Assembly (NCBI RefSeq): GCF_018350175.1
Contig: NC_058368.1
Span: forward strand, 209,004,001 to 209,068,000
DNA from: Felis catus
Taxonomy: Eukaryota
Length of the DNA: 64,000 bases
Reading direction: 5' to 3'
A program made the translations under genes and the position numbers. Under the pieces are notes generated by a model. That model saw only the letters and a program-made list of their open reading frames with translations. It was not told where the DNA came from and ran no database searches. Of the stretch, positions 13,285-27,200 are shown piece by piece (position 1 is the first letter of the stretch; each line of letters opens with the position of its first letter).

Positions 13285-13400
13285 AACTCTAAAAACTGGG
13301 ATAATAATACCAACAATAAAGGGATTAAATGAGATAAGGGATGTAAATGTGTCTAGGAGAGTACTTGGAACACAGTAGACACTCAATAAATACTAGTTCC
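13285..13400 (+). mobile_element. MIR fragment
   Basis: gggataataata...ggattaaatgagataa...cacagtagacactcaataaat. Confidence 0.65.
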
Positions 13401-14456
13401 TTTCTGCTCTTTCCTCAGACTATAAATAAAATATTAAAGCTAATAAAACCAACAACTAAGTATTTCCATTTGTTTCAGTGGTATATTAACACATTAAGCT
13501 AGTTATCAAAGTAACAATGAAAAAAAAAGCAACTAACCTAACATATAGAAGTGTGAAATACAATTAACATAGCATCTGATAGTGACTAATTATACTATGG
13601 TTTCATGGCTCTGATTCCCTGAATCTATGCCTTAAAAAAATGGATGCTAATGTGGTAGGCCATTAGGTATCTGTCTAAACATTTTATGCTGAAGAACACA
13701 TATTTTGAAACTTGGAGTGAGATCTGGTCTTGTAAAATTAAAACTGTGCTTCATAAAAAAGATTTAAAAATAGAAGAAGGATCTGCCTGGGCCTTTCTGG
13801 ACACGCAATGAAAACACCCAGAAGACAAGAAAAAGACACAGGTGGGGTCATTACATTGCCCCAGGCACAAATGCTTTCTGTCTTAAAATTTTGAATTTTT
13901 TCCAGATACAAGTTCTAAACTTTCTGGCATCGACTGCATAAATGCATCACAGCATTTGGCAGAAGTCAAGGGAAGCATTAATTTTGCATGGAAATCACTT
14001 AAAAGATCTTGGTTTAATTTTTCTCGAAAGACTACACAAGCAACTTGAGTGATGTAAAAGTCTAAAACTTGCTGGCACTCTTGGCAAAGAACAACCTTCT
14101 TTCCAAAAATGCCCAAACATGAAGGTATTGAAATTCCAGAAATGGGAAAAATGTTCTAGATTATATATACACCCACAATAATCTTTACAAACACAAATAA
14201 TTCACATACACACACAGCAACTGCACTAAGAATACAACTGCATTCAGAAGATACGTGCTAATGGGTGCTAATGTTTTATACTTGCAATTATTAAAGTTAA
14301 GGCCTAATGAAATCTACAGCTAGACTAAGGGATAAAGGCTACAATAAATAACCACTTACATCCTTACATTTACAGCCCACTGATTTTCAACAAAGATGCC
14401 AAAACAATTCAGGGAAAAAGAACTGTTTTGAAAAAGTCTTTTCAAAAAATACTGCT

Positions 14457-14563
14457 GGGCCACCTGGCTGACTCAGTTGGAAGAGCATGCAAGTCTTGAT
14501 CTCAGTGTCATGAGTTTGAGCCCCACATTGGGTGTAGAGATTACTTAAATAAATATTTTTTTT
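14457..14563 (+). mobile_element. Short tRNA-Lys-derived SINEC form (no CT tract)
   Basis: cctggctgactcagttggaagagcatg...gagccccacattgggtgtagagattacttaaataaata. Confidence 0.8.
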
Positions 14564-14789
14564 TAATGATGCTGAAACAACCGGATATCCATATGTTAAA
14601 TGGTGAATGTGAAACTTTACCTCACATAATACAAAAATCAACTCAAAATAGATCACAGAGATAAATTTAAAACTCTTAAAACATGATCTTAGATTACAAA
14701 ATGATTTCTTAGATACCACACCAAAAGCACAAACGATAAAAGGAAAAAAAAAAAGATCAGTTGGATGGCATTAAAAATGTACGTGCTTC

Positions 14790-15194
14790 CATGAAAAAAT
14801 CTCAACATCACTCATCATCAGGGAAATACAAATCAAAACCACAATGAGATACCACCTCACACCTGTCAGAATGGCTAACATTAACAACTCAGGAAACAAC
14901 AGATGTCAGTGAGGATGCGGAGAAAGAGGATCTCTTTTGCACTGTTGGTGGGAATGCAAACTCGTGCAGCCATTCTGGAAAACAGTATGGAGGTTCCTCA
15001 AAAAATTAAAACTAGAACTACCCTACAACCCAGCAACAGCACTATGAGGTATTTATCCAAGGGATACAGGTGTGCTGTTTTGAAGGGACACATGCACCCC
15101 CATGTTTATAGCAGCTATTGACAATAGCCAAAGTATGGAAAGAGCCCAAATGTCCATCAATGGAGGAATGGATAAAGAAGATGTGGTGTGTGTG

Positions 15195-15262
<68 letters not shown>

Positions 15263-15672
15263 CACACACACCACATATATATGTATGTATATATATATAC
15301 ATACATACAATGGAGTATTACTGTACGGCAATCAAAAAGAATGAAATCTTGCCATTTGCAACTACATGGATGGAACTGGAGGGTTATTATGCCAAGCGAA
15401 ATTAGTCAGAAAGACATATATCATACGACTTAACTTATATGAGGACTTTAAGACACAGAACAGATGAACATTAAGGGAAAGGAAGCAAAAATAATATAAA
15501 AACAGGGAGGGGGGGCAAAAAAAGAGACTCTTAAATATGGAGAACAAACAGAGGGTTACTGGAGGGGTTGTGGGAGGTGGGATGGGCTAAATGGGTAACG
15601 GGCATTAAGGAATCGACTCCTGAAATCATTGTTGCACTATATGCTAACTAATTTGGATTAAAAAAAAAAAAA
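14790..15672 (+). mobile_element. Carnivore/felid L1, 5'-truncated, with internal (TA)n
   Basis: ORF2 C-terminus, 3'UTR and polyA; degenerate TSD aaaaatgtacgtgcttc (14773-14789) / aaaaaggtatgtgcttc (15670-15686). Confidence 0.9.
15186..15308. repeat. Compound (TG)/(TA)n/(CA) microsatellite
   Basis: Directly visible. Confidence 0.95.
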
Positions 15673-15827
15673 AAGGTATGTGCTTCAAAAGATACTATAA
15701 ACAAAGTTTAAAGACAAGCCATAGGTTTGGAAAAAGTATTTATAAACCATATATCTGACGAGGGACTAGTACCCAGGATATTTAAAGAACTTTTACAAGT
15801 CAATAAAAAAGATAAGTGACAATTTTT

Positions 15828-16048
15828 TTTTTAATTTTTTTTTTCAATGTTTATTTATTTTTGGGACAGAGAGAGACAGAGCATGAACGGGGGAGGGGCA
15901 GAGAGAGAGGGAGACACAGAATCGGAAACAGGCTCCAGGCTCTGAGCCATCAGCCCAGAGCCTGACGCGGGGGCTCGAACTCACGGACCGTGGGATCGTG
16001 ACCTGGCTGAAGTCGGACGCTTAACCGACTGCGCCACCCAGGCGCGCC
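15828..16048 (-). mobile_element. Young felid SINEC subfamily copy
   Basis: Diagnostic ccatcagcccagagcc and gtgacctggctgaag; TSD ataagtgacaattttt at 15812-15827 and 16050-16065. Confidence 0.95.
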
Positions 16049-16568
16049 AATAAGTGACAATTTTTAAAGAGGCAAAGATATGAATACATATTTACTAAAG
16101 AATATATACAAATGCCCAATAAGCCCATGAAAAGATGCTTGATATTAAGGAAATACAAATCAAAATCACAATGAGATAAAACTTCATACCCACTAGAGAG
16201 CTATAATCATAAGACAGACAAGAATAAGTGTTGGTGAGTAAGTAAAGAAACTGGACTCCTCCTATATCACTGGTAGGAATAGAAAATGGTGAGGCCAAAT
16301 TAGAAAACAATTTGGCAGTTTAATAAAATATTAAACATGGATTTACCACATGACTCAGCAATTCCATTCCTAGGTATCCATGTAAGAAAACTGAAAACAT
16401 ACCCCCATGCAACATGGGGTTCTGTAACATGAATGTTCACAGAAGCAATATTCATAATAGCCAAAAATTGGAAACCCAATGTCCATCAACTGATGAGTGG
16501 ATAAACAAAATGTGAAATACAATGGAAAACTATTTCACAATAAAAAGTAACAAAGTACTGATACACCC

Positions 16569-17018
16569 TGCATATGACTTTCCTGAGGCTGTCATAGCAA
16601 ATTACAAACTGGGTGACTGAAAACAGCAAAAATTTATTCTTTCACAGTCTGGAAGCCAGCAGTCCACTCCTCTGGAGGTTCTGGGAGGAGAACCCTTCCT
16701 TGCCTCTTCCAGCTTCTAATGCCTATTAGCATTGCTCAGCTTCACTGACTTATAACCATACCACTCCAACCTCTCCCTCTGTCTTCACATAACCTTCCCC
16801 TCTGTGTGTCTTCTGCTTTTCTGTCTCTTAAGGATACTTGTCATTAGATTTAGTGCCCATCTAGATAATCCAGGATGATTTCATCTCAAGATCCTTAACA
16901 ATTACATCTCTGAAGATCCCTTTTCCAATCAAGATAACATTCACAGGTTCTAGTAATTTGACACAGAAATATCTTTGGCAGGTGGGGGGGGGGTGAGGTT
17001 TACCATTCAACAAACACG
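16569..17018 (-). mobile_element. MLT1 (MLT1B/C-like) solo LTR
   Basis: aatttattctttcacagtctggaagccag...gataatccaggatgatttcatctcaagatccttaac...cattcacaggttctag. Confidence 0.85.
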
Positions 17019-17479
17019 TACTACAATATGGATGATCCTGAAAACACATTATGCTAAGTGAAAGAAGCTAGATACAACGGGTCATATATTGCATGATCCA
17101 ATTTATCTGAAAGCAGATTAGTGGTGGCCTAGGACTGGGGGTAGGAATGGGGATGACTGACCAGGACTTCTTTTTTGGGTAATGAAGTTATAAATTAGAT
17201 TGTTGTTATGGCTGCACAACTCTGTAAATACATGAAAAATCATTTAATTTCCCCATCCTCTTCTCGTTTCAGCTGGAGTAAGTGCCATTAGAAGTCTCAT
17301 TAATTACTAGAATGATTATCAGCAACTAAACACTCCTGAGGACCACTCTAGGAAACCTCAGATGAAAAAGGTGGTCAAATGGAATTAAAAGAGATTTGAT
17401 TTAAAATATATACCAATATTTCTTATTAGATAAAATTACTCCCTAATCTTATAAACCAAATTACTTAATGGAGGAGAAA

Positions 17480-18780
17480 AACTGGAGGGAAATGTCATCA
17501 CATCATGAGGCAGCACTCAGAAAGCAAAGCTCAACTGGAAAGATCTGGAAAAGATTCCACAGAGGTGTGTATTTGGGGAAGACATGAGATTCTACAAGTG
17601 AAATTTAGGAGGGGTGCGGAATCCTAGATACTGATATAGAAAATGCAAAGATAAGGTGGCTTGCAGAAGCACAGCTTATTCTAGGAGTAAGTAGTTTGCT
17701 TTGACAAGAGGATGAGGTGTCCAGTAGGCATAAGTGGAAGATAAGACCATCACAATCACTCGCGATCACAAGACTATAAAGAGTATCCTATAAGACATAC
17801 TGGGATTATGGTCTTTATGGTCTAGGAGACTCTGAAGCCAGTAAACAGAGTGACTTAAGTTATTGAACCAGTCCTGTGTTTTAGAAAACTACTTGGGTAT
17901 CAGTGGGCAGGCTGCTTGGAGAAGAAAAGTCTGTAGTAGATACCCCAGGTGAGAGATGATCAGGGCCCGGCCTAAGGCAAGGGGTTATGGAAGGTGTAAA
18001 GGAAAACTCTGAGAAGGACTAGAGGAGTGTGCCACTCATTCAGCAAGGCAGAGGTGTGAAACGTGTGGTATAAAACAGAAAATAATAATATTAAAGGAGG
18101 TGAGAGAAAGCTAATGAAATACTTGTGTGATAGCCAGGTGGAGAATCTTGTACAGGGTGTGTGAAAGGCACAGAATTAGGAGTCATTAGAATGGAGACAG
18201 AGACACAATTGTGAGAGAAGGCAGACCCCCGTGGAACAGAGCCTAGAGGAATAAGCAGCAAAAAGGAAAAGGAGTGAAATAGGAGACAAGAAAGTACACA
18301 GCAGGGGAGGATAGTGTTAGGAAAGCTGGGAAGGAAAAAGTTCAAAAGGAAGGTGTGATCAAAAGCGTCAACTGCAGGGGCGCCTGGGTGGCTCAGTCGG
18401 TTGAGCGACCGACTTCGGCTCAGGTCATGATCTCACGGTTTGTGGGTTGAGCCCCGCGTCAGGCTCCGTGCTGACAGCTCAGAGCCTGGAGCCTGCTTCT
18501 GATTCTGTGTCTCCCTCTCTCTCTCTGCCCCTCCCGGACTCATGCTCTGTCTCTGTCTCCGAAATAAATAAACATTAAAAAAATTTAAAAAAAAAAAGTG
18601 TCAACTGCAAAGAGATAATGAGTAAAATAAAGAGTGAAAAGCCTCCATTAACTTTAACAGGTAAAGGTCATTAGATGAGGTCTGCAAGAGCAATTTCTGT
18701 ACCATAATGGGAGCAGTCAGAATGCTATGGAACTAGAAGTGGAAACGGTAAGGGAAAGACAGCTGGTGAAGAGGGCTCCT
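17480..18780 (-). mobile_element. L2 fragment(s)
   Basis: Purine-rich reverse L2-like text, e.g. ggtcattagatgaggtctgcaagagcaatttc; boundaries uncertain. Confidence 0.6.
18377..18593 (+). mobile_element. SINEC
   Basis: TSD aaaag(c/t)gtcaactgca at 18361-18376 and 18594-18609. Confidence 0.93.
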
Positions 18781-20470
18781 GCATAAAATGCTATTTAAAT
18801 ACAGACAGGAATCAAGAAAACCCAGCTAGGATAAAAAGGAACACAACTGAGGAGACAATACAACATTTGGCTCCTAAAGAAAAGGGATGCTGAGGTAGAT
18901 TTGAGGGAGGGAATTTATGGCAGAAGAAATACCATGAGCAAAGGCCTTGAAAGGAATGGTGCATAGCCTGATTACAGTTACAGTAGGTGTATGGGGGGGG
19001 GGGGGTAGTTTGCACACATGTCTGCAGACAAGGATGAAAGAAAAGACTAGGACTGCAAGACCCAGTTAGGGAATGTACACAGTACACTGGAAACGTTGGG
19101 AAACAAGAGTCAACACCAGTAAGAGGTATGATCAGGAAGGGCAGGCCTGAACTCCCCTCCTGGGCAAGCCTTATACCCCAAAGTCTGCCTAGACTCATGC
19201 TGTAGTAACAGGGCTTGATCCATTACTGCAAAGTATGGAACCAAGAAGGAATGAAGACGGTGTTGCTGACAAATGTCCTGAACAAAGGAGAATGATACTA
19301 TAATTAACACAAATGGAGAATGTGAGAAGACACAAGGAAATGAAATTAATAAATATCTAGTACTTCTGATAGTATACATTTCTGACCAACTGGAAATGAA
19401 CACAAAGAGGTCACTGATGATGGATATCAATTCTCCTAGAGAGGGCATTGAGAATACACAGAAGAATTCTATGCATTTCTATGTACTTGATTCAGAAGCA
19501 GAAAATTCACAATGAACCCACCCAGGGCATAAAGGAAGTCATTCAGTGCTAGTCCAGTAATTAATTACTCTTATAACGTGTATCACGATAAGATGTCACA
19601 TGTGGAGATAGCCTTAAAATGTGAAGATGAAATGTGTCTATAATTACAGATGACTGTTTAATTTATGTTAAGAAATAATTACTACCTCCTGACAAAAGCA
19701 AGACAGAACACAGTGGGTGGAGGTGGCAAATGGGGGATAGGGAGGAAGAGGACACAGTCTGTGGTAGCCAGCACAGGATAAAGTAGATATGACAAATCCT
19801 ACAGAAATCTGCCTCCACCCACCCTTCGCCCGGGTGCTGCCAGGGCTCAACAGTATTTCCTGACCAACTTCTCCCTGGACATTAGCAGGTGCAGGCAGGC
19901 TTTCCAACAGGCCACTGAGATATGGAACCATTATTCTTCATGATTACAGCCATTATTCTTTATTTTTTCTAAATACCTCTGAAATACAATACATATACAA
20001 AGTATTCACTCAACCAACCAAGTTTTAAAGCAGCAGACTCCACATCTGCAAAACAGATTCTAAAGATAAAATTTTATGTGCCAAAGAGTGATTCAGTGCA
20101 AATTTGAAAATGAGATAAATATTCTTCTTTTGAAAGAGAATGGATGGTTTTTCCTTACTGGAAAGTTAAACAATGCTTAATCAAGTTGTAGAGTTAAGTA
20201 GTGAAGTCAATGTTACTTTAGAAGTTTACACTAAAAATAGTGAACCTTTAAAATATCTCTAACAAATAATCTATAACAGAACTCTTGTACTTGGATGATT
20301 TTTCCCAGAAATCATGAATGCCAGAGTGTGTTTGATAATTTAGAACACTGAACTAATAACGTGAATAAAAGCTAAGATTTTGGACTGATAATCATGATAG
20401 CTCACATTTACATGCTTTAAGTGAAGCAAGCACTGTTCCAAGCACTTTATCATTTAATCTTCAAAATTTT

Positions 20471-20517
20471 GAGCACTGTGTGTTGTATGGAAACCAATTT
20501 GACAATAAATTTAATAT

Positions 20518-20554
<37 letters not shown>

Positions 20555-20558
20555 ACAA
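20471..20558 (+). mobile_element. Extremely 5'-truncated young L1 (about 50 bp plus (TAAA)n tail) inside a MIR
   Basis: gagcactgtgtgttgtatggaaaccaatttgacaataaattt is nearly identical to 12655-12696; aaaatttt on both sides. Confidence 0.85.
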
Positions 20559-21724
20559 AAAATTTTACACAGAACAAAACTAAAGCACAAAAAAGATTAT
20601 GTAATAATTTATGTCAATATTAAGGAAAGCAGAATAATCAACTACTGTTACCCACTGCCTACTCATGTTTCATAGTCTTGTCTACAAGAACCCACGAAAA
20701 CAGGTAAGGTCACAACAATTTTGGATTAATATGCTATCGATATTGACGGTTCAAGTAATACTTTTACTTAATAAAGAACACTGTAAAATGTCCATATAAA
20801 ACCAATGCAAAATAAAGCTGAATATTATCTATATCTTGCATCTTTTCTGAATAAACAGTGATTCTCAAAGTCTCACTATTGTGATGTTACAGATCATACT
20901 GAATTGTACCAGACACTACTAAGTAGAAAGAGTATTCCAGGGTTTTACGGCTAGATGTATCATAAAGCAACTTTGAAAAATACAATTTATAATACTGTTT
21001 GTCTAGTTTCCCAAAACACTCATCACGTCTCCCTAAAATATTAAAAGGTTTTATTTCATTGTTTGATTAATTAATTAGTGGTCAGCACAAAACTGTAATT
21101 TACTCTAGGAGAAATGAGGACCAGAATACAGTGGCAAAAATGACCCATCCTATAACCGAAAAGACCATCAAAGGTTAAATACCTAGTAAGGCAGATGCTG
21201 CTTTAGTAAATTTAAATAAACAAAAGTTGTCAGAGACTTCCCCCACCCCCAGAAGTTGTCTCAAGTACTGCAAGATCCGGGATTTGGAATCTAATGAAAT
21301 AATCTCCTCTAGTGAAATATCAAAAGTTTATTGCCTTGGACTCTCTGCTACCCAACAGTAGATATATGGACAGTTCCCTGGGATGTTTTGTTTTGTTTTG
21401 TTTTGTTGGATTTTTTTTGCAGGAGTTAAGGGGTATATATGAGTTGTTTATTTGTACTTTTTGAGGAGAAAGTCTGTATATTCCCCCTAGACCACCAGAG
21501 ATACAACAAAGGTTAAGAATGCAGCCCTAGGTAACCTAAAATTTACACCGGCCCAAGTAAAACCCTCAGAGAGCTGACTGTATATTTAGATTGCATTTCT
21601 TTAATCCTCTCTTAGAATGTCTTTTCCTGAATTACATTCCTTGGCATTTGACTTATATTGTTGGGTGCAACAAAAAATAGTAACATAAATACAATACAGA
21701 AAAATGGCTAAGTGTGAGGACGAT

Positions 21725-21920
21725 GAAGTCGGATTTGCCTGTTTTTAAAATTCTCTCTCCTCACTTGTGTATGTTCTTGCACAAGTCACTTAACCTGTCA
21801 GAGCCTCAGCTTCCTAATCTGAAAATAATACTTCACAGAGTTATTTTAAGGAATGAATGACAAAATATACATAAGGTACTTAGAGCAGTGCCTTATGTAT
21901 AGTAAGTGACCAATTATTAC
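21725..21920 (+). mobile_element. MIR
   Basis: MIR core caagtcacttaacctgtcagagcctcagcttcctaatctgaaaa. Confidence 0.8.
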
Positions 21921-24900
21921 AAATTTACTACACTGTTTATTGTAAGGATATTGTCTATATATATCAACCAGTGTCCTCTATATGAGGGCTGCTGGGAAAC
22001 AATTTTCTTTTATACACTATTGAAAGGAAAAGCTCTATGTTTTCACGTTGGGTATTGTGGGACTCTTTTAACCGAGCACGTTCACTCACATCTTTGCTCT
22101 GGTCACTAGCAAGTTTAGAACTGAATCTAAAACCTAACTTTGTCAACCGAGAAACAAAACCTTCTACTAATAATCTTTTGTGAACTAACTTTATCCCTTC
22201 ACCCCTACTTTCCCATGGCCCTGGATACTGCATTTTTTTAAATAATGTTGTGTTACTATTATTATTTTGAGCTTTTTGGGATGAGACAAGATGCATAAAA
22301 ATAAACAAATTAACAAACCAGTAGAAAAAATAAATAGTGCTGTTTTTGAACTGGCAATGTCGGTTAAAAAAAAAAAGTCACTTTCCTAATTCAAGGGTAT
22401 GTTGGCTACCGAGTCAGGAGAAAAATTTAATTATTTGGACTTCCAAAAGTAGAATCTGCTCTATACCAGTTTAGACTCTCTCAAAGGAAAGCTGAATCAA
22501 GAGTCATCAGTCAAAAAGCAAAACAAATCCCTGGAACGATAATGAGAGCTTAACACGAAGAGTGATGAAGTAATGGGGGAGTGCAGCAATATGCTATTCC
22601 TTTGAGGTGAACGCTTGTATGTTCTGAAAGTTAAATAACTTCTAGAATTCAATGAAGGGTATTTCAAAAAGAAGGTACAAATATACAGACATGGGTTTAA
22701 TTGCACCAACTCCTGGGACAAACCAAAAGAAAGATCCTGCTTTTAGCTTTACTGGACCCACAGCAATGGCAGGTAATATCCAGGCTGACTTAAAGGTCTC
22801 TTTATTTTCTGACCCAGATGAATGGAAATGTGCCATAGCTGCCGTGTGGTAAGCAGATGAGACACTAAAGGGGCTGAGCTGCTGGCCAAAGACAAAGGGG
22901 GAAAAAATTCAAAATGTAAGCCAAAGAAGCTTTCCATAGCTGCTTGGCAATACAGTGTCTAAATAAACTATCTTAATTTGATTCACATGTAGTGAGCGGA
23001 AAATTAAAACCAGGGCAGTAAAAAATTGTTAAAAAATCATGTGAATTCATTAAGTAGGTAAAATTATAAAGAAGTATCACTTTACACATGTTGATATCAG
23101 AATTATTTGAGCTTCTATAGATACTTTAGTTCCATACCATTAAAAAGTTCTATATTGTCTTGGGCAAACAACAGATACTAATTTTTGAGATGCAAATGTT
23201 TTTACAAGAAGAAAACTAAGACCTCTAAAGAATCTATAAGAGAAAAAAATTCCAATAATTTTTAAGTACATTATTGGAAAATCTTAGGACAGCAAAATTT
23301 AAATGGCATGTTAAGGAAGTGAAGAGACTATAAAGGCAAAGTAGAGATGATCCTCTAAAGAAAAATGTACCATAATATGGTAATACCACATACTTCTTGT
23401 TTGTAAAAGCTGTTGTCTATCATAAAAATTCCATTGTGGGTGCCCAGTCTACTGAAAGCTGTAAGAAAGAAAGTGACTCCATGTTGGATTATTCACAATA
23501 ATGAAACACATAAAAGTTAATACACTGAAATTCAAATTTCCTTCAGACTATAATCAAATCTCTGACTATTCTAAATATTTAATTTTTTCAAAATCGTTGT
23601 CAGAGTTAGAGTTTCTTGTCCTTTTTCTTTTCTTTGTTCTTCCAGAAGTGAAAATATTAAAAAATTTCCCTCCTTTCTTCTCTACCTCTTTTTTCCTTTC
23701 AATCAGTCAAAAAGATATGCCAAGAAATGCTCTATGTGCTAGAAATAGAGCACTGATTGAAAGAAACATCCATGTCCTTGTGAAGCTGTTAGTCTGGTTA
23801 CATACACTAATTCATTTGTCCCTTCATTTCAACATCTCTGCAGTGTGCCTTCAAGGGACACAGAGTTTAGAGAAACAGACTAGGAAGTAGAGAAACAAAA
23901 TTTAATAGCAACATCAGGGTTAAGACTACAAGAAAACTAAAACTTCAAATACACTATTCAAATGAAAATACAATACATGGAAGAGACATGGATCAGATTC
24001 AGATCAGGGCCACCTGTGGGAGCATCTCCTCACTTCACAAGGCTTAGTTTATCGCTTTTCTGTGCTTCTCAAGGGTTGTGTATGTTACACTTCTTGTATA
24101 AAACTTGTCATATCACATATTTTACACTGCACATTTTTCTCTCCAACATGAGACTATGAGCTTTGTGAGGACAAAATCCAGTTCTTTACATTTCTGTGTT
24201 GCTGGCATGAAGAGCTATGTCATGCAAATGAGTTCAAGTAAGTTTACTACATGTATGGCTTTTAATTATAAGAAGAATATTACACAAAATGTTATATCTT
24301 AATCATTAAATTAAAAACATGCAGGATGGGGAAGATGGCAGTAGAGTAGAAGCAGGACTCTAGGCTTGCCTTGTCCCATGGATATGACTAGATAACTATC
24401 AAATCGTCCTAAACACCTCAGAGCAAATGCCACAAATAAAGGCAGAGAAGAGGCCACATTGAAGAAGGCAGAAAGTGTGGAGATGGGGTTTGGGAGAGAA
24501 GCAGATGGTGGCCATTGTGGTGGGGAGGGAATCGCAGTCACAAAGAAGGGCAAGAGACAAACTAGCACAAGTGGAGTACATGGTGAACACAGATCCCCAT
24601 AACAACTGGCCTGGAAAGCGAGAGGCCCTGAATTTGGTGAGTTCTGGCAACTAACGAGGCTTAAAGCCTAGAGTTTTAAAGGTCAGTGTGCTTGGCTCTG
24701 GGAGAGCTCAGAGGGCATTGGGGCTTCTCTTGGAGAAAAGGCAGGCAAAAAGCTTGGGAACATACAGTGTGGGAACAGTGATCTCAAGAACACCTGGGGG
24801 ATACAATGGGAAGGTTATTCACTTATCTTGCAGCATGTCCCAGGGAGGCAGTGCTCACAGAGACCCCTCTGGGATCAGAGAAACTGGCCATTTCCCTCCC

Positions 24901-26328
24901 CAGCCCTTCAGCAAAAGCATAAGGGCCACCTGCAGGAACCAGGGCAGTGCTGACACTTGCCACCTAACTTGTTTACACCAAGTACCACCGCCTTGCTCCT
25001 GCGGAACCACCCCTCCCAGTAACACTGGCCTCAGTTCTAGCACAGTGGGACTCTTCCTCCTCCAGAAGATGGGCCTAAACCCCTGCCCGCACCACATCTC
25101 CCACACAAGAGTTTTCTGGAGCCTTGGTTCCTGAAAAGGTGGCAACAGGTCTCATTTCATAATCAGACCAGAGTACACCTAGTAAAAGTGCATATTCAGG
25201 CCAGGGACAAAAATCTGCCCATAACATGCAAAGACAGTCTCTGCAGACAACTGGCTTGAAGGATAAACTGGACAGCACAAAATAGCAGAGCACACACAGC
25301 GCATACTGGAGACACTCTCAAAACCACCAGGCCCTGGGGAACAGGGGATACCACTTGGCAGGGCATGATGGGACCTTTCTTCATAAAGTCATTACTTCAA
25401 GAACAGGAGACACAGTTGACTTTCCTAACACATAGAAACAGGCAAAAAGGCTTAGACAAAATAAGACCGAGAAATTAATCCCAAATGAAAGAACAGCACA
25501 AGGCCATGGAAAAAGATCTAAGCAAAACAGATATAAGTAACATTCCTGACACAGAATTTAAAGTAATAATCATAAGGATATTCACTGGACTTGAGGAAAA
25601 TTGGAAGACATGAAAGAGACCCTTAACACAGAAATAAGGAATAACTCAGCAGAGATAAAGAGTACAATAAATGAAATGAGAAATAAGCTTGATGGAAATA
25701 ACAGGACGGAAGAAGCAGCAGAATGAATTAGTGCCCTAGAAGACAGAGTAATGGAAAGTATTCAAACTGGAAAAAGAGAGAAAAGATTATAAGAAACAAG
25801 AATAAACACAGAAAACTCAGTGACACCATTAAACGTAACAACATTCGTATTATAGGAATCCTAGAGGAAGAAGAGAAAGAATGGGTGGGCAGAAAATTTA
25901 TTTGAAGAAATAATAGCTGAAGATTTCCCTAATCTGGGGAAGGAAACAGATATTCAGATCAAAATCAACATAAGCAGATCCACACCAAGATATACTGAAA
26001 TTAAATAGGCAAAATATAGTGACAAAGAAATTTTAAAGCAGCAAGAAGAAGAAGATGAAGAACAAACAACAACAACAACAACAACAACAAAAGAAGAAAG
26101 TAGCTTACATGGGAAAGCCCATAGGGCTAGCAGGAGATATTTCAGCGAAACTTTCCAAGCCAGAAGGGAGTAACGTGACGTATCCAAAGCGCTGAGCGGG
26201 AAAAATCTGAAGCCAAAAAAACTATTGAGCAAGGCTATCAATCAGAATAGAAGGAGAGAAAAAGAGTTTCCCAGATAAACAAAAACTAAAGGAGTTCATG
26301 ACCACTAAACCAGCCCTGCAAGCAATAT

Positions 26329-26494
26329 ATTTTTTTAATGTTTGTTTATTTTTGAGAGAGAGTAAGCAGGGAAGGGGCAGAGAGAGAGAGGGAGAAGGAG
26401 TGCAGAGCCCAATGCAGGGCTCAAACTCATGAACTGTGAGATCATGACCCAAGCCAAAGGCATGCACTTAACCAACTGGGCCACCCAGGCGTCC
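26329..26494 (-). mobile_element. SINEC (internally shortened) in L1 ORF1 end
   Basis: TSD ccctgcaagcaatat at 26314-26328 and 26493-26507. Confidence 0.9.
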
Positions 26495-26944
26495 CTGCAA
26501 GCAATATTAAAGAGGACTCTCTGAGTGGAAAAGAGACGAAAAGTAACAATATTAAGATAGGAAAAACAAAAGCAGTAAAAAAGTGTTTGTGTAAAAAATA
26601 AGTTAAGCAACTCATAAAATAAAAGGATGTAAAATTTAACAACATATACCTAAACTATGGAGATAATGGGTTCAAACTTAAATGACCACCAACTTAATAT
26701 AGTCTGCTATTTGCAGAAGATGTTATACACAAACCTAACGGTAACTATATAACTACATATCAAAAACCATTAATAAATATGCAAAGACTAAAGAGAAAGA
26801 AATCAAAATATATTACTAAAAAAATCAGCAAACCATTAAAGATAGAAAGACAAGAAAGGATCAGAGAAACTCATCAGAAACAACCGCAAAACAAGTAACA
26901 AAATGGCACTAAATAGATATCTATCAATAATTACTTTGAATGTT

Positions 26945-27115
26945 GGGGCACCTAGGTGGCTCAGTTGGTTAAGTAGCTGACTTCGGCTTGGGTCATGATC
27001 TCATGGTTCATGAGTTTAAGCCCCATTGTCGGGCTCTGTGCTGACAGCTCGGAGCCTACAGCCTGCTTCAGACTCTGTGTCTCCCTCTCTCTTTGCCCCT
27101 CCCCCACTCACAATC

Positions 27116-27167
<52 letters not shown>

Positions 27168-27200
27168 AAAAAATAAATAAAAATAAACATTAAAAAAAAA
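26945..27200 (+). mobile_element. SINEC with expanded (CT)n in L1 ORF2 start
   Basis: SINEC sequence, (CT)n at about 27118-27164; interrupts ttactttgaatgt...ggactaaac. Confidence 0.9.

Larger units (their letters stand above)
14370..17250 (+). mobile_element. Old L1 3' portion hosting nested younger L1, SINEs and an MLT1 LTR
   Basis: ctgattttcaacaaagatgccaaaacaattc...; resumes after each insertion; ends with tggctgcacaactctgtaaata. Confidence 0.8.

Noticed and set aside
14457..14540. Possible tRNA gene
   Set aside because: Degenerate tRNA-Lys-derived SINE head with SINE tail; no intact cloverleaf.
15042..15433. YI-repeat ORFs
   Set aside because: Artefacts of the (TA)n microsatellite, which has no stop codons.
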